Source of the DNA: Octopus vulgaris
Taxonomy: Eukaryota
DNA length: 64,000 nucleotides
Direction of reading: 5' to 3'
Assembly: GCA_951406725.2 (NCBI GenBank)
Contig: OX597837.1
Span: 22,816,001-22,880,000, forward strand
Positions 38,611 to 51,545 of this stretch are shown here, in pieces (within the stretch, counting starts at the first letter, position 1; every line of letters starts with the position of its first letter). The notes beneath the pieces were generated by a model. It did no database searches. It was not told the origin of the DNA and saw only the letters and a list, made by a program, of their open reading frames with translations. A program made the translations under genes and the position numbers.

Positions 38611-39209
38611 TCTATTTGCTATCGAGGACACAAAACAGAAAATAATTCTCTACAAGTTGATTTAATGATTAACAAATACTTAGTAATAATAAAAATAACT
38701 ATGACTGTTATGCGGTTTATTTAGTTACACCTCTACATCTGTGTCTACTTTCTCAGAGCTAATTTCGTCCATACAAAATCCTGTTATCCAATCTATGTTT
38801 CATAAAAAAAAGCAAATAAACAAAACAAAAACAAAGAAAAACCACACCTAAATGCTATTTATTTGACCCTTTTGTTACCAACCCGGCTGAAACTGGCTCT
38901 GGCTCTGAGTACAAATATCTTGTTTTCATAAGTTTTGAATTAAAATCTTTCACCAAACCTTAGTCACAATTTATGTTCCTAACACTAGCTTAATGATAAC
39001 TAAGTTATTTTACTAAATTCTTTGTTATATTTAAAGTAATTGAAAGAAACACAGAGCATCTCAACAGAAATACAGTAATGAAAGGACATATGACCCCAGG
39101 ACATATTCTTTACATTTCCCCAGTCACCCCGCAAACCAGCCACATCATATTCTCTCTGTTTTATGTTCAAACTAGCCAGACATAGTTTCTCTCACTTATT
39201 TTATAATGT

Positions 39210-39572
39210 AACTAGCACTATGACCTGGCGTTGCTGGGTCATAGTGCTAGTGCATGCATATACAGCTGTGTGTGTGCGCACATACACGCGAATACTGCTA
39301 GCTGGCATTCAATTGGCGTATCAAGTTTTGGGCATTTTGATTGGGTTTTGGATAGAAAATTCACAAAAAAGTCACTTCTATTGATTTTTTAATGGCTTTG
39401 CGGGGTGACTGGGGAAATGTAAAGATGTGCATGATCACCCTTGGACGGTTTTGAATGACCATAGAAAGTGCGAGCTCTCTAACTGAAAAATTGTGGATTT
39501 GTATAAAGGATACACACACACACACAGACATTTTGCTGTTTATATATATATATATATATATATATAGATAGA
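39210..39572 (-). mobile_element. Non-autonomous Helitron-like element
   Basis: The minus strand starts with a TC-containing (TA)-rich terminus and ends in a hairpin plus CTAG (actagcactatgacc...ggtcatagtgctagt palindrome). Confidence 0.55.
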
Positions 39573-41069
39573 TTCTAAAAATAACAATCACATCATTGAA
39601 ATCTTGAAGCCACAATATAAGGTCTGATTAAAGCAAACCAATGTGAATAAAGGTGCATTACATTTGACAGAGTAATCTGAATGCAAAAGGATTAAAACCT
39701 CAATAGTAAGTGTCTTTCTATCATCTACCTGAAATTCTTGCAAGTATCCTTATCTATGAAACTGGTGGCACTCCCCAAATCAGGTAAAGTATCAATGATA
39801 CATCACTACCATCTCTCTTACTTTTTCTCCCTCTCCAGTTGGGGTAACCATGTATCTCCTCTACAGCAAGACATGTATTTTTCTGTCATACTCTAACCTC
39901 TCATCACCTGGTCCAAAGCCACCTCCTTCAATATCACTCCTCTGCTCAGTTGAAGGATCTTTGTCTTCCAAGTTACATGATTTTATCAGTGCTAGTGCCA
40001 TATAAAAAGTACCCAGTCCACCCTGTAAAGTGGTTGGCATTAGGAAGGGCATCCAGCATTAAGAACCATGCCGAAGCAGACAGGTTGGAATAGTCTTCAG
40101 GTTTGCCAGCTCCTGTCAAACCACCCAACCCATGCCAGCATGGAAGACTGATGTTAATGATGATGATGATATAACATATATATATATATATATTTGTATG
40201 TATGCATGCTATTAGTAGCTTTACAAAGTCCATTTCTTTGATGTTCCAGTACATATTGAAACTGATGTGCCTAGAACTACAATTTCAGGTACTATTTCTA
40301 AGTATAATAAACCTGTGACATTTTTTTTGCCCTGAATGAAATCTCTTATCGATTAAAAATGAAGCTACGGCTGTCATAGAAAGGCATGAGGAAATGGCAA
40401 ATATTATACTGCAAGACTATTAAACTTTCATTATTGTTCATCAGTGGAATAGGCTTTACCTGAATGCCTATTTGAGTCTGGAGAAATTTTGCTAAGACAG
40501 TTTAACTTCAACAATAAATAAGAGCCAAAGGCCCAAAAATGTTAAACTAATTAACATAGTACAATTCCTCATGAAAGAATAAGTTCTACAAGAAATCAGT
40601 CAAAGCCTGGTGATTGTTGCAATGTTGATTTGTTAAAGAATTTGGAAACAAGAAATCTCTGGCCGCTAATGGTTATTCTGCCAATGATTCCTACAATGAC
40701 ATGTTGACAAGTTAGGCTTAATCAAAATGTGTGGGAGCAATCCAGTACTTATTTGGTTATTGAAGAGGAAATCATGGCATCACAATTTGGAATTCCTCAA
40801 AATCTAACAAGGATATGGAAAGGACAGAATAGATTAAATCCTTAAAGAATGGGTGAATGCTATAACATCATCATTGCTATTTCTGTAGGTGAATTATGGT
40901 TTACTTTAGTTGAAGGACTGGCATCCAGCCATTTGCAATAAAAATGGACATATTTACACTTGTGAGTCAAATACTCAAGTTGAACATTTCAGCTGAATAT
41001 AATGGTATGATTCTTAACTGTTGTCTTGTCACAGTGTATATACATATAACCAGTCAACAATGTACTTAC

Positions 41070-41145
41070 CCTCCTCGCACTGACTTCCATTCTATTTTTT
41101 TAATTGGTTTACATGGTTCAAGTTTTCCATCTTTTCCAGGTTTTG
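41070..41145 (-). CDS. STXBP5: Tomosyn internal coding exon B, 76 bp: (A)KPGKDGKLEPCKPIKKIEWKSVRG(G)
   Basis: Resembles tomosyn KDGKKPEPCKPILKVEFKTTRSG. Acceptor ttatttttcAG, donor GG|GTAAGT. Phase 1 in and phase 2 out join both neighbouring exons in frame. Confidence 0.93.
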
Positions 41146-41545
41146 CTGAAAAATAAGAAGCAAGAAAAAAAAATACAGTGCAAGAAAAGAAAGAATGATA
41201 TTGTTGAATAGATTTCCAAAGAATACTTTAAAACATTCTTAAAAAAAAAAAAAACTATTTGAGATGAATATATATAAAACAAATTTCACTTTCTAAGTTT
41301 TATTTTAATCATAGAAAAACAGAGAAAAACATTTGCAATATTTTAGTTGGAACTTTTAGAACCTTTTCAAACAAAATTCATGCAGCTGTTATTTCACTTA
41401 AAAAAAAAAAAAGGACACACATGTTTTGCTTTTAAAAATGTGTCAATAAAATTCATTTTCTATCAGCCATCAACAACAAACATGAAGACAGCAAAGAAGG
41501 TGCCATGATGGGTCTGGTTAAAAAGGAGCGATTGGTGGAGACAGT

Positions 41546-42076
41546 AGAATACCTATTTCTTTACTACCCACAAGGGGCTAAACACAGAGAGGACAAACAA
41601 GGACAGACAAACGGATTAAGTCGATTACATCGACCCCAGTGCAGGATGGAAAGCATTTACTTCAAGAAAAGATGTGCTCAAAGCACCATGTGCCAGCTTC
41701 TTCACGAGCATCGTCCTACCTGTGCTTCATGAGACATGAGCTGTTATAAAAAGTGGACAAGACTGATTGTCTGCAATGCAGAGGGGCATGGAAAGCATCC
41801 ATGTTAAGAATATCTTTGCGAGACTATGTCTGAACTGATGTAATTTGAGAAGGAACGGAGTGAATGACGTAATCACAGAATACCTATTTCTTTACTACCC
41901 ATAAGGGGCTAAACACAGAGAGGACAAACAAGGACGGACAAACAGATTAAGTTGATTACATCGACCCCATTACGTAACTGGTGCTTATTTAATCGACCCC
42001 GAAAGGATGAAAAGCAAAGTTGACCTCGGCGGAATTTGAACTCAGAAGGTAACGGCAGATGAAATACGAAATACCA
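41546..42076. repeat. Inverted local duplicate of 51048-51476 (RTE fragment plus SINE2 composite), preceded by an extra copy of about 95 bp of the SINE junction
   Basis: 41641-42076 is the reverse complement of 51048-51476, including the same RTE/SINE junction. Confidence 0.9.
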
Positions 42077-42506
42077 TTTGGATACAGGGTGAGGCTTGAT
42101 CAATGTCAGGTTGGTCTCCTGGACAAGAACATACATTGCAACACCTAAAACACCCCACAATACTGACACTGTAGCAACAGATATGACAATATAGATGTAG
42201 GAAAAAAATCGAATTAGTTAAGGCTCTGCAATAGAATGGTCTAGAACTGGCACTTCTGTACAAGCAAACTAGCTATTATCTGTGTTGTTATACCAGTTTT
42301 CTTTTTTAAAATAGGAAAAACATTAACATTCATCTGTGTAAATAGAAAAACCAGTTTTTGGAGAAAAGGAGATATAGCTGAATTAATCAAACTTAATATA
42401 ATATATATATACAGTGCATATTTTGTACAAGCCCTAACAGTTATCTAAGTATGTATATGTATGTACATATACACACACATATATATTTATATATATACTC
42501 ACACAC

Positions 42507-42561
<55 letters not shown>

Positions 42562-42592
42562 CACTTATACTCACACACACACATATATATAT

Positions 42593-42805
42593 TCTTTTAT
42601 TTGTTTCAGTCATTTGACTGTGGTCATGCTGCAGCCCCACCTTTAGTTGAACAAATCAACCCTAGTACTTATTTTTGTAAGCCTAGTACTTATTCTATCG
42701 GTCTCTTTTGCTAAACCGCTAAAATATGGGGATGCAAACACACCAACATCGCTTGTCAAGTGATGGTGGGGGGACAAACACAGACACACAAACATATACA
42801 TACAT

Positions 42806-42839
<34 letters not shown>

Positions 42840-42979
42840 GACGGGCTTCATCCAGTTTCTGTCTACAAAATCCACTCACAAGGCTATAGTAGAAGACACC
42901 CAAGGTGCCACGCGGTGGGACTGAACCTGGGAATGTGGTTGTTAAGCAAGCAACTTACCACACAGCCACTCCTGCACCT
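42593..42979 (-). mobile_element. SINE family 1
   Basis: Homology to the other copies. Confidence 0.8.
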
Positions 42980-43418
42980 ATATATATATATAAAAATCAA
43001 TGTATACTTAGAGATTTTAACACTAGTCAGGCCTGAACTACGAACAGCATAAAATAAATTGTTTGGATACAAATGTTTCTGCTATGTTATATAATCAATA
43101 GCAAGAAATGTCAATGCTAATTTTCTAGAAACTACCATATGATTTAATTGTTTCATAAGAGCAATATGTATACATATATACACACGCATACATACACCTG
43201 CATAAATAAATACAGACACACACACAGACATATATATTTATATATATATATACATACAGACACCCATACATGTACATAGATACACACAAACCCATACATA
43301 CATATATATATATGTATACATACATATATGTGTATGTATATATATGTACATATATGTGTGTGTGTGTATCTATATATATATACTATATACATATGTGTGT
43401 GTGCATATATATACATAT

Positions 43419-43451
<33 letters not shown>

Positions 43452-43582
43452 CTATATACATTGTACATACATATGCGTGTGTGCATATATATATATATAT
43501 TTATATACATATATGTATATATATATGTGTGTGTATATATATGTATATATACATATATATATGTATATATATGTATATATAC

Positions 43583-43627
<45 letters not shown>

Positions 43628-43628
<1 letters not shown>

Positions 43629-44505
43629 GAGGACTGATCAATAAGTATCTGGACTGTGGCTATAGTAGCAAAGCTAAAGCATGCGGAGTGAAGCTGTTTG
43701 GCAAAGACTGACCTTGAACTCTGCTGTGCATGCACACTAAGTTTTAACATTCTACCTCACTTCTGCTGTTTCCAGCAGTGCTTGGAAGGAAAGTATGTAG
43801 TGTGTGATTGTCACATTGACCATGACAGAGAAAGTTGTCATGGTGATACCTGCTCAGAGGACTATGCAAAGTTTCAGAAAGTGTATGGAGTGGAATGTGT
43901 GAACCAAACACAAGTGTACGAGTGGTTTAGACGGTTCCAAGATAACCAAAAAAATATGTTGATATTGACAAACATTCTGGGAGACTTGCAACCAGCAGAA
44001 CTGAGAAAAATATTGCAGATGTGCATGCAGCTGTGAGGGGAAATTATTGAATCACAATCCATGAGATATCTGAAGATGTTAGATTAGTTATGGTTCAGTT
44101 CAGTCCATTATCACTGAAGATTTAGGTATGAGACATATGTTTGCCAAGTTTGTGGCAAAACTGCTTTTAGCTGACGAAAAACAGACTTGGGTTTTAGTTG
44201 CTCAAGATTTCCTTGATTGTGTTGAGAACGATGAAAACTTTTTGAAAACTTTGTAGGTATTGCCAAGCTTTTACCAAAATTTGATGCAAATTCTCTGCTC
44301 AACTTTGTCATGGTCAATGGAACAATCACACGCTACACACCTTCCTTCCAAGCACTGCTGTAAACAGCAGAAGTGAGCTAGAATGGTGAAACTTTGTATG
44401 TATGCACAAAAGAGTTCAAGGTCAATCTGTACCAAGCAGCTTTACTCTGCATGCTTTAGCTTCGTTACTATGACATCAGTCCGAATATTTATTGATCAGA
44501 CCATG
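43628..44505 (+). mobile_element. Mariner-like deletion derivative with inverted termini of about 200 bp
   Basis: TA|CGAGGACTGATCAATAAGTAT... is mirrored at the right end. Internal HTH relic YAKFQKVYGVECVNQTQVYEWFRRFQD. Confidence 0.85.
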
Positions 44506-44517
44506 TGTGTATATATA

Positions 44518-44561
<44 letters not shown>

Positions 44562-44717
44562 CCAAGCCCCCATACATGTACATAGATATATCAAACACCC
44601 ATATATATATATATATATACATACATATATAGATAGATAGATATACACACAGATACATTCATAATATTCACATACACATATGAGCATATAAACTAAGAAA
44701 AAAATTATTGCACTTAC

Positions 44718-44841
44718 CATGAGGCATTGTAATATTGGTAGCTTTTAGATTTGTTTTCAAGTTCCATGTTGTTAAACTGCCATCTGAGTGGCTTCCCATG
44801 AATTGTTTGCCATCTGACCACCATGATAAAGACCGCAGCGC
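44718..44841 (-). CDS. STXBP5: Tomosyn (syntaxin-binding protein 5) internal coding exon A, 124 bp, WD40 repeat: ALRSLSWWSDGKQFMGSHSDGSLTTWNLKTNLKATNITMPH(A)
   Basis: Manual translation of the minus strand resembles vertebrate tomosyn AIHSVAWHHEGKQFICSHSDGTLTIWNVRSPAKPVQTITPHG (from memory). Acceptor ttattaaaAG, donor G|GTAAGT. Starts in phase 0 and ends in phase 1, which fits the next exon. Confidence 0.93.
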
Positions 44842-44988
44842 CTTTTAATAAAATTGAGAGGAAAAGAAAATAAACATTAATTTTAATCAAGTAAACAAAA
44901 TCAGACAAACTAAAACCCAAAAGTTTTGGTAACAAAACTTGGCACCCCACAGGTTACAAGGCTTCCAGTTGAACTGATCAACGGAATA

Positions 44989-45500
44989 CCATAAATCCTC
45001 GAGTATAGTCCGCCCTTGAGTATAATACGCAGGGGACTTTTAGGGGGCTGTACCTCTGAAAAACCTAAACCTTGTGTATAATACGCACCCCTTCTCTAAC
45101 TTGAGTCAAGGAGGTCTATATAACGTCCTTGGTTTGTAAAACTGTATATGGTAACATCCTTTATTATTATTGTATATATAACATAATGCAAACATGCAGC
45201 TTTTTTGTGCATTTTGTTTGCAGAAAATAAAGAAATAACTGTAATAACGTTTAATAAATGTTGCTTACTGTAAGTTATGGATGATTTTTTTATTACTTCA
45301 TTGCTTTCAGGCTTAGCTCAAGGTATTTTCGAGCCCAACATCACAAAATGCTTCTGAATAAACATTGCCGGACAGCAAATAGAGACTCGGACATTGCTTA
45401 GAAAATAATTTTCATTTTTAACCTCGTGTATAATACGCACTAGGGATTTTGACCTTTAAATTTTGGGAAAAAAACGCGGATTATACTCAAGGATTTACGG
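44989..45500. mobile_element. Tc1/mariner-superfamily (pogo/Tigger-like) MITE with a TA TSD, nested in an older repeat
   Basis: TA|CCATAAATCCTCGAGTATAGTCCGC ... GCGGATTATACTCAAGGATTTACGG|TA, with internal subterminal gtataatacgca repeats. Confidence 0.8.
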
Positions 45501-45934
45501 TAGCTTGTTTGTGAAATTAACATGCAAGTGGCTGCATACTCCACAGATGCATACCTTTAACATAGTTCTCAGGGATATTCAGCAGTAAAAAGAATAAGTA
45601 TCAAACTTTAAAATAAAATATATAAAAAATAAGTACATGGCTCAATTTGTTCGACTAGGCTCTTCAAAGTGGTGTCCCAGTATGACTATGACCCAATGAC
45701 TGAGACAAGTAAAAGATATAAAAAAAATAAATGATATGGACAGGCATAAACAAAGATAAATGATTGTTCTAGTATCACATTAGTTTTTAGTATGATAACC
45801 ACTGACATGTTTAAAGAAGGCGAACCATCACAAACACATCATCCAACACTATTTCAGTTTTATCTTAGATTGTCAGCACTATTCATAAACACAGCATATT
45901 GTCATTGGCTCATGTGATAACTTAGAAAGCTTAG

Positions 45935-46445
45935 ATATGTTTCGACCAAAGATTGGCCTAGGCCATATCTAATTTAATAGCACCACCTGACAGAATTTGC
46001 TAAACCATTTTTAAGTCAAGTTTTATGATATCATGGCCCATTCGAGTAGGGAATTCTTGTTGAGCAAGTTGTATCTAGGTATAGGTGGCTTATCTGGTAA
46101 TCCATGTCTAACTTAATAGCACCACCTGATAGAATTCGCCAAATCCCTTTCAAGTCGTTTTGCAGTATCATGGCCATTCATGTAGGGAGGTTTTGTTGCA
46201 TGAGTTGTATCCAGGTATTGATGGCTTATCTGGTATCCCTTTAACAAATTTGCTCAGATTCCATTTAAAGGGGATGAGATCTTTTGCCTCTTTGATTTGT
46301 TTTGGGAGAACGTTAAATAGGAGAGGGCCTGTCAAGGGAAAGAAATTGTTTTGCAGTGTATAAAGGTGTTGCAATCCTGAATTGTGTAGGATACGTATGG
46401 CACGTGGTCCTAACCTTGGATGAATTCTGAAACTAATGTTATTCA
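45935..46445 (-). mobile_element. LINE 3' fragment (CR1/Crack-like) with a duplicated 3' end
   Basis: ORF 46168..46446 contains HPRLGP..GPLLFNVLPKQIK..FK..L.KF...IPDKP. A segment of about 135 bp occurs twice (about 45974-46103 and 46113-46240). Confidence 0.75.
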
Positions 46446-46733
46446 TTTAGTGAAATGAAGTCACAGTTTACATTATAATAATTTCTAATTGAAGCACATT
46501 GTCATCATTTTAGTGTTCACTGTTTGATTGCTTGCAGTGGTTGCATAAAGTTTAGAGAGGCAGATTTCTCTGCAGCTGGATGCCCTTCCTGTCACCAACC
46601 TTCATCTGTTTCCAAACAAGTTAATATTTCCCCCCCTGGCCACACATGCTCTCACAAAAGATTGGAAATGAATAACACTTCTTGTATGATAGTGACGATC
46701 ATTTACAACTATCACACAATGTCCTACACATGA

Positions 46734-46780
<47 letters not shown>

Positions 46781-47306
46781 TATATACACATATATGCATA
46801 CATACATACACACACACATATATACATACACATATATATACATATACATACACACACACATATATAGACACACATATATACATACATATATAAATACATA
46901 CATACATGCACATATATACATATACATAAACACATACACTCATATAAATATATGTTTGTGTGTGTGTGAGATGAGCTTCTTTCAGTTTCCGTCTACCAAA
47001 TCCACTCACAAGGCTTCGGTTGACCCTGGAGCTATTGCAGAAGATACTTGCCCAAGATGCCACACGGTGGGACTGAAACCAAACCAGAACCTTGTGGTTG
47101 AGATGCAATATTCTTAATACATAGCCATGCCTGCACACAAAGTTAGAAATAGAGGAGGGAGGGAGGGAGAACAGTTGATGATGTATGTTGACAACAGTAC
47201 TAGACTGGAACTATGTTTTAGTGAACCTGGGATGATGGCAAACAGTGTTGACCTCAAAGGGGTTTGAACGCAGAGTATATATATATATATATATTTATAT
47301 ATATAC

Positions 47307-47733
47307 AGGTGCAGGAGTGGCTGTGTGGTAAGTAGCTTGCTTACCAACCACATGGTTCCGGGTTCAGTCCCACTGCGAGGCACCTTGGGCAAGTGTCTTC
47401 TACTATAGCCTCAGGCCAACCAAAGCCTTGTGAGTGGATTTGGTAGACGGAAACTGAAAAGAAGCTCGTCGTATATATGTATATATATGTGTATATATGT
47501 GTAGGTATATGTATATATATGTGCGTATATGTGTGTGTATATGTTTGTGTGTCTGTGTTTGTCCACCCAACATCGCTTGACAACCGTAACTTAGCGGTTC
47601 AGCAAAAGAGACTGATAGAACAAGTACTAGGCTTACAAAGAATAAGTCCTGGGGTCGATTTGCTCGACTAAAGGCGGTGCTCCAGCATGGCCACAGTCAA
47701 ATGACTGAAACACATAAAAGAGTAAAAGAGAGA
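47307..47733 (+). mobile_element. SINE family 1 (head-to-head with an older copy at about 46510-47135)
   Basis: Homology to the other copies. Confidence 0.85.
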
Positions 47734-48505
47734 GTATGTATATATATATTTATATATTATATAAACCATAACAAATACTGCAAGGTATTTTGTCTGATGC
47801 TCTGCCATTTATTTCATACTGCTTTGGTATAAACAAAGTAGATCCCAGGAATATACCCTTGGTTAAGTAAATGAAAAATTGAAAAAGCCCCACTTAACTA
47901 CATACATGTAAGTGAAGACTTACTTGAAAATCATTAGAAAACAGGGCCATCACACAAGTATTACTGGTCCCTGGGCAAATCAGTGCACTGGGTTCCATTG
48001 TATTATTTGACAGCAAGCCACAATATTCATAGATCATAACTGGGTCCCTAGACCCACGAGGCCCCAGGGCAATTACACTGTGTGCCTATGCTTTAAGAGA
48101 ACACTGTCAAGAAGGGCAATTGGCCATAAAATAATGTTTCAAATAGCATATTTGTCAAGAAGGGCAATTGGCCATAAAATAATGCTTCAAATAACATATT
48201 TGTCCAACTTACACAAGCATAGACAAACAGACATAAAAACAAACGAAGGAAAAAATTAGTGTAAAGACAATAAACATTTAAAAGGACAACACAGGAAGAA
48301 CAAAGTTTGGCAAATATTGATGTTAGATTAATGCTTCAGTGGAGAAAGACACTATCTTAATATTTCAATGTGTGTGTGTGTGTGTGTGTATACACATGTA
48401 CATACATGCACAAATATACACACACATACAAAACCACAAATACATACATACATACATACATACATACATACATACATACATACATACATACATACATACA
48501 TACAT

Positions 48506-49556
48506 AAGATGCATTCCAGGAGTTTGGAGGCTTTTTTAGGAGAGGCAGTTATGACTGTCCTAGATAATTGTAATTTAAACATATCATTTCATCTAATAAG
48601 CCAATATTTTAAAAAATTCCAGCTTGAAGGAGATGGCTGTAACAGCACTTTGAAAACACTGCTAAACACTGCTTACTAGTTTGCAGAATGGAATCGGGAA
48701 GTGATGACAATTTTCAGGCTCAATATGCAATAAAGTTTTGTGTTAAACTGGGTGAAAACACTACAGAAACATATGAAATGTTCCAGGCTGCTTATGGGTT
48801 AACTTGCATGGGCCGAGCATCTATTTTTCATTCACACAAGAGGATCAGGGATGGTAGATTGAACAGAAGGAAAGGTGCATTGGTAACAGCAGAGAGATGG
48901 TTGAGCGCATTATCTTCTATCTAAGAGTATTTAAGTCTAGTAACCTGTGATGAAAGCTGGATCTACTGCTATGATCCAGAGGCTAAGAGACATTATGCCC
49001 AAAGGAAGGTCAGGTAATGCAAGTCCACCATTAAGCTCATGATGATCCCCTATTTTGACAGCAAGGGCATCATCTACATCCTCTAGGTCCACTCTGGTCA
49101 GACAGTCAACAAAGAATATTTTGTAAAGGTTTTGAGTGAGTTCAGGAAGAGATTTTATTGCAAAAGGCCAAAGTACTCCACTCAGGTGAGTGACACTTGT
49201 GCCAAGCAATATGCCAATCTACAATTCCATCCTTGTAACTAACTATTTGACAAAGACAGGCATCAAGACCCTCACTCTCCCTACAGAGTCTGGACTTTGC
49301 ACTCAGTGACTTTTGGTTGTTCATCAAGATGAAGGAGAGCCTCAGGAGTTGTTGCTTTGAAAACATTGAGTAGATGCTGCTACAAGGACACCTTCACTGT
49401 GGTGGGCTTTTATGGAACCTCCATAAGAGGCTGAAGCACTACAAGAAGTGCATTGAATTCAGATGATCCTACTTTAAAAGAGATTAGAGTTTTATGCTTT
49501 TTTGAAACTAATAAATTTCTCTCTTAAAAAAGTCTCAAATCTTCTGGAATGCAGTG
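48506..49556 (+). mobile_element. Degenerate mariner-like transposon
   Basis: TIRs gcattccaggagtttggaggctttttt / aaaaaagtctcaaatcttctggaatgc. Transposase relics QYAIKFCVKLGENTTETYEM and VTCDESWIYCYDPE. Confidence 0.85.
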
Positions 49557-50829
49557 CAGTGTGTGTGTGTGTGTGTACACATGCATGTATACTCCCACAC
49601 ATATATAAACATACATCATTATTGTGTCTCCTTTTTCATGCTTGCATGCATCAGAGGAGACTACACTTGGGCAGAGTTTCCTACAGCAGGAATCCTTTTC
49701 TGATGTCAACCTCTCACCTGTTTCCAAACAAGGTAATTATCCACAGATTAAGATTGAACAAATAAACAGCCTTGACATGGTTATGCTGGGGAAATGGAAA
49801 CAGATGACATGGTTTGAACAATAACATGTTAAGTCATGTCAAGAAGCCCGGATGTGCTTTTGTGATGGACTGCGAGTAAGCTACAGTGTTTCTATGAATG
49901 GTCAGGCTTTTGTTATCAATTAGCAAGCACACGTGATAACAAGGAGAATTAAAAATGCACTCACTGACACTTGCACACAGACACACACATGACAAGCTTT
50001 TCCACTTTCCATCAACCAATTTCAATAACAAGGCATCTATCTATTTACATTATCATCATCATCATTTAACATCCATCTTCCATACTGGAATTGGTTAGAT
50101 GGGTTGACAGGAGCTGCCAAGCCAAAGAGCTGCACTAGGCTCTATTGTCTGCTTTGGCATGGTTTCTACAGCTGGGTGCCCTTCTGAACATCAACCACTT
50201 TAGAGATTGTGCTGGGTGCTTAATATGTGGCACCAGCATTGGTGCTTTTTTACGCGACATTGATACAAGTGGGGTCATCAAGTAACTTGCTTGACAAGGA
50301 CTTCTCAGCTTAGACAAGAAGTGGAACTGCAAGAAGTGGCACGGAGCCAGGTGATTGGTTAAGGTATAATAGAGGAGAAAGATGTGTGTCTTGCTATAGA
50401 GGAGACATATGGCACCCCAGTAGGAAAAAAAAGGAGAGGAAGGAGAAATGGAGTTAGAGAAAAAAAGAGAGAGAGAGAGAGAATGAGAGAAATAAATGGT
50501 GTTGGAGATGCATCACTCTCTCTCTCTCTCTAAATATATATATATATATATATGCCAAACTAAAAACATCCTCCACACATTGTAAAGTGGTTGGTATTAT
50601 GGTGAGAAGGGCATCCAGTCATAGAAGCCAAACCAAATCAGAATGGAACCTGGTGCAGCTCTGGTCAAACTGTCCAACCCATGCCAGCATAGAAAACCAA
50701 CATTGAAAGATGATGATGAGATATATATACATAGATATCACCTGTATTGACCAGATTATCAGATATTTTACACTACTGGTTACAATGTGCTTACAATTCT
50801 TACTTGGTCATACCCTAGTTTTCCATTTT

Positions 50830-51545
50830 GCCCCAAATCATTTAGCTAAATTGTCTCCTCATTGTCGTAGAGGTCTTCTGAGTGGCCTTTTCTGATCTCT
50901 TGAAAATCATTTGGCAAACTGCATGGGTCCATCAGTTGTCTATGAACACTACAACATCTCCAGCCCAATGGAATTTGCGGCTTTCGGTATTCTGTGATAA
51001 AGGCGGCGAGCTGGCAGAATCGTTAGGATGCCGGATGAAATGCTAAGTGGTATTTCGTCTGCCGCTACGTTCTGAGTTCAAATTCTGCCAAGGTCGACTT
51101 TGCCTTTCATCCTTTCGGGGTCGATTAAATAAGTACCAGTTACGCAATGGGGTCGATGTAATCGACTTAATCCGTTTGTCTGTCCTTGTTTGTCCTCTCT
51201 GTGTTTAGCCCCTTGTGGGTAGTAAAGAAATAGGTATTCTGTGATTACGTCATTCACTCCGTTCCATTCTCAAGTTACATCAGTTCAGACATAGTCTCGC
51301 AAAGATATTCTTAACATGGATGTTTTCCATGCCCCTCTGCATTGCAGACAATCAGCCTTGTCCACTTTTTGTAGCAGCTCATGTCTCATGAGCACAGGTA
51401 GGACGATGCTCGTGAAGAAGCTGGCACATAGTGCTTTGAGCACATCTTTTCTTGAAGAAAATGCTTTCCATCCTGCTCTTATTCACTTTTTGATTTCAGT
51501 ATCAATGTCATGGTACATAATGGTTACATATTCACTGTGTACCCC
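50830..51545 (-). mobile_element. RTE-type LINE fragment interrupted by SINE2 (TSD ggtattctgtgat at 50986-50998 and 51233-51245)
   Basis: The minus strand shows AGW..F, FFTSIVLP, QRGME and KFHWAGDV relics. The 13-bp TSD is exact. Confidence 0.75.

Larger units (their letters stand above)
7885..41069 (-). other. STXBP5: 33.2-kb phase-2 intron of tomosyn
   Basis: GT at 41069-41068 and AG at 7886-7885. The flanking exons are contiguous in the homologous protein. Confidence 0.85.
41146..44717 (-). other. STXBP5: 3.6-kb phase-1 intron of tomosyn
   Basis: GTAAGT donor and pyrimidine-rich CAG acceptor between exons A and B. Confidence 0.88.
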
